A DNA stretch of 64,000 nucleotides from Lytechinus pictus (Eukaryota). The DNA lies in contig NC_087249.1 in the NCBI RefSeq assembly GCF_037042905.1, forward strand, positions 8,186,001-8,250,000, in the 5' to 3' direction. The position numbers were made by a program, and so were the translations under genes. The notes beneath the pieces were generated by a model. The model was not told the origin of the DNA. It made no database searches and saw only the letters and a list, made by a program, of their open reading frames with translations. Shown piece after piece: positions 62,557 to 64,000 of this stretch. Numbering within the stretch: position 1 is the stretch's first letter; each line of letters begins with the position of its first letter.

Positions 62557-62836
62557 AGGGCCACATTTCATGAAGACTATAATAAATGCTCAATTTCTAT
62601 TACAAATTTAGTATCAACCAGTAAAGATTTCAGTAGCTTTTAACCATTATTTCGAATTTGTAATTATATCAAGTTTTATGAAACGGGCCCCTGGCCCATT
62701 TCATTTAGAATTTCAACTATGGTAACTTTGTCATGGCTGCTACCATGGTAGCCTGGCTCAGCACCAAACAAAATCCCCTGGCAATTACAAGAGTGACAAT
62801 GTTACCATAGTTGTAGGTCTTTATGAAGCAACCCCC
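62557..62836. mobile_element. Two adjacent short Harbinger-like MITEs
   Basis: GGGCCACATTTCATGAA..TTATGAAACGGGCCC, then GGCCCATTTCAT..ACTATGGTAAC / GTTACCATAGT..ATGAAGCAACCCC. Confidence 0.55.
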
Positions 62837-62886
62837 GTCGGTATGTAAATTTTGATTTAGTGTCATTGATCCCTTTATCTCACCAG

Positions 62887-63010
62887 GCATACAAGAATTT
62901 TGGTACTCGAGTGACAAGCTTGAAGAAGAGATTGGATGACTACAAGAAAGTTCTACCCGAGATTGACCTAAGCCCTTTACCATCCCCTTCATCAGATGCT
63001 CCTTCTCCAG
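62887..63010 (+). CDS. RPRD2: RPRD2 coding exon 7 (AYKNFGTRVTSLKKRLD...SPLPSPSSDAPSP); gene continues beyond the window
   Basis: Matches RPRD2 'AYKTFANRVNNLKKKLD...SPVPSPSMDAPSP'; G|GTAAAC donor. Confidence 0.93.
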
Positions 63011-63791
63011 GTAAACACAGAGGGCGCTCGTCAGGTGTCCCTCAGAAGGGTTGGGGAAACCTTCAAAATTTGACAAACTTGTTGGTGCGGGAGGGGGGGG
63101 GGGTTAATGTTCGTCAGAAACTGAGTTTAAGTGCATTAAGTTGTTCCCCCCCCCCCATGATGTGATGCACAAGGTTGAACATGGAATGCCTACAAACATC
63201 TTTATATCTGTGGGGCTTGTTGGACATGGAGAGATAACACTAAGGCTAAGCACAGAAAGCCTTAAGCATCTGGATGTATGCTGTACCACTCTTGGTGTAG
63301 AAGGCTGACAAACTGCTTTACATAGCCTGAAACCCTGCACCTGTGCTTGGTCACTATGCACATATTTCTTGTTATTGGACTTGTTGATGACATGCAACCA
63401 TAGTGAACTAAAATATCCTTGTATAGATTTGTTTGTGTGGCATAAGTTAAGTTGGCTCCAAAAACAAACAAGTACTGTCTCAATGTTTGATAAAAATTGA
63501 ATAATGAACAGTGGATTATTATTCAGTTAGGAATTTTTCTGCAAAAGAAAGTGTTGACCTCCATTTTGAGAATAATCATGAAATAATAACACACAATTTT
63601 TTTATATATCTCTTCTTGATAAGGGCCTCTACGAAATATGGTAAAAAAACACAGCTTGCCTTAACCCTAAAAGGGTTAAGGCAAAAAAAAATGCAAAAAA
63701 AATAGCGCTGCAAAATTTTATGACTCTTTTCTTTGAAGTCTCACGCAACCACATGACTTTTTCAAGACAATGTCATGCCGAAAATGGCTCG

Positions 63792-64000
63792 TTTTATCTC
63801 ACCTGCATAGCAGAGTGAGACTATAGGCACCGCTTTTCCGATGACGGCAGCGTCAACATCAAATCTTAACCGAAGGTTAAGTTTTTGAAATGACAGCATA
63901 ACTTAGAAAGTATATGGACCTAGTTAATGAAACTTAGACATAAGGTTAATCAAGTATTACTGAACATCCTGCCAGAGTTTCTGGTCACATGACCAAGGTC
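63792..64000 (+). mobile_element. 5' part of another HINE copy, running off the window
   Basis: Near-identical to 55991-56230. Confidence 0.85.

Noticed and set aside
39763..63010. RPRD1A/RPRD1B (CREPT) assignment
   Set aside because: GGKLFSQQFEDA, VANAYKNF and SPLPSPSSDAPSP match RPRD2, and the CDS continues beyond the coiled coil

Overview
Eukaryotic, AT-rich, repeat-dense genomic DNA. The repeat repertoire suggests a marine invertebrate such as a sea urchin (inference). Two + strand spliced genes can be built by hand from GT-AG sites with consistent phases. The first is a complete 5-exon UDP-glucuronosyltransferase (4880-12924, 525 aa). The second is the 5' part of RPRD2 (CID plus CREPT-like coiled coil; 7 coding exons 39763-63010, continuing past the window), with a probable non-coding first exon and CpG-rich promoter at about 20.8-20.9 kb. 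The rest is mostly non-autonomous DNA transposons (hAT, Tc1/mariner, Kolobok, Harbinger, CACTA, Helentron/HINE-type), tRNA-derived SINEs and a decayed RTE-X-like LINE. Three observations stand out. (1) A 12.5-kb Kolobok-like insertion with a TTAA duplication (24765-37275) splits one HINE copy exactly and carries genomic-looking cargo, inside a multi-level nest. (2) A minimal hammerhead ribozyme lies in a Penelope-like element near 1.3-1.9 kb. (3) TA-to-TACATGTA/TACAGTA micro-insertions resembling excision footprints are concentrated in RPRD2 introns.
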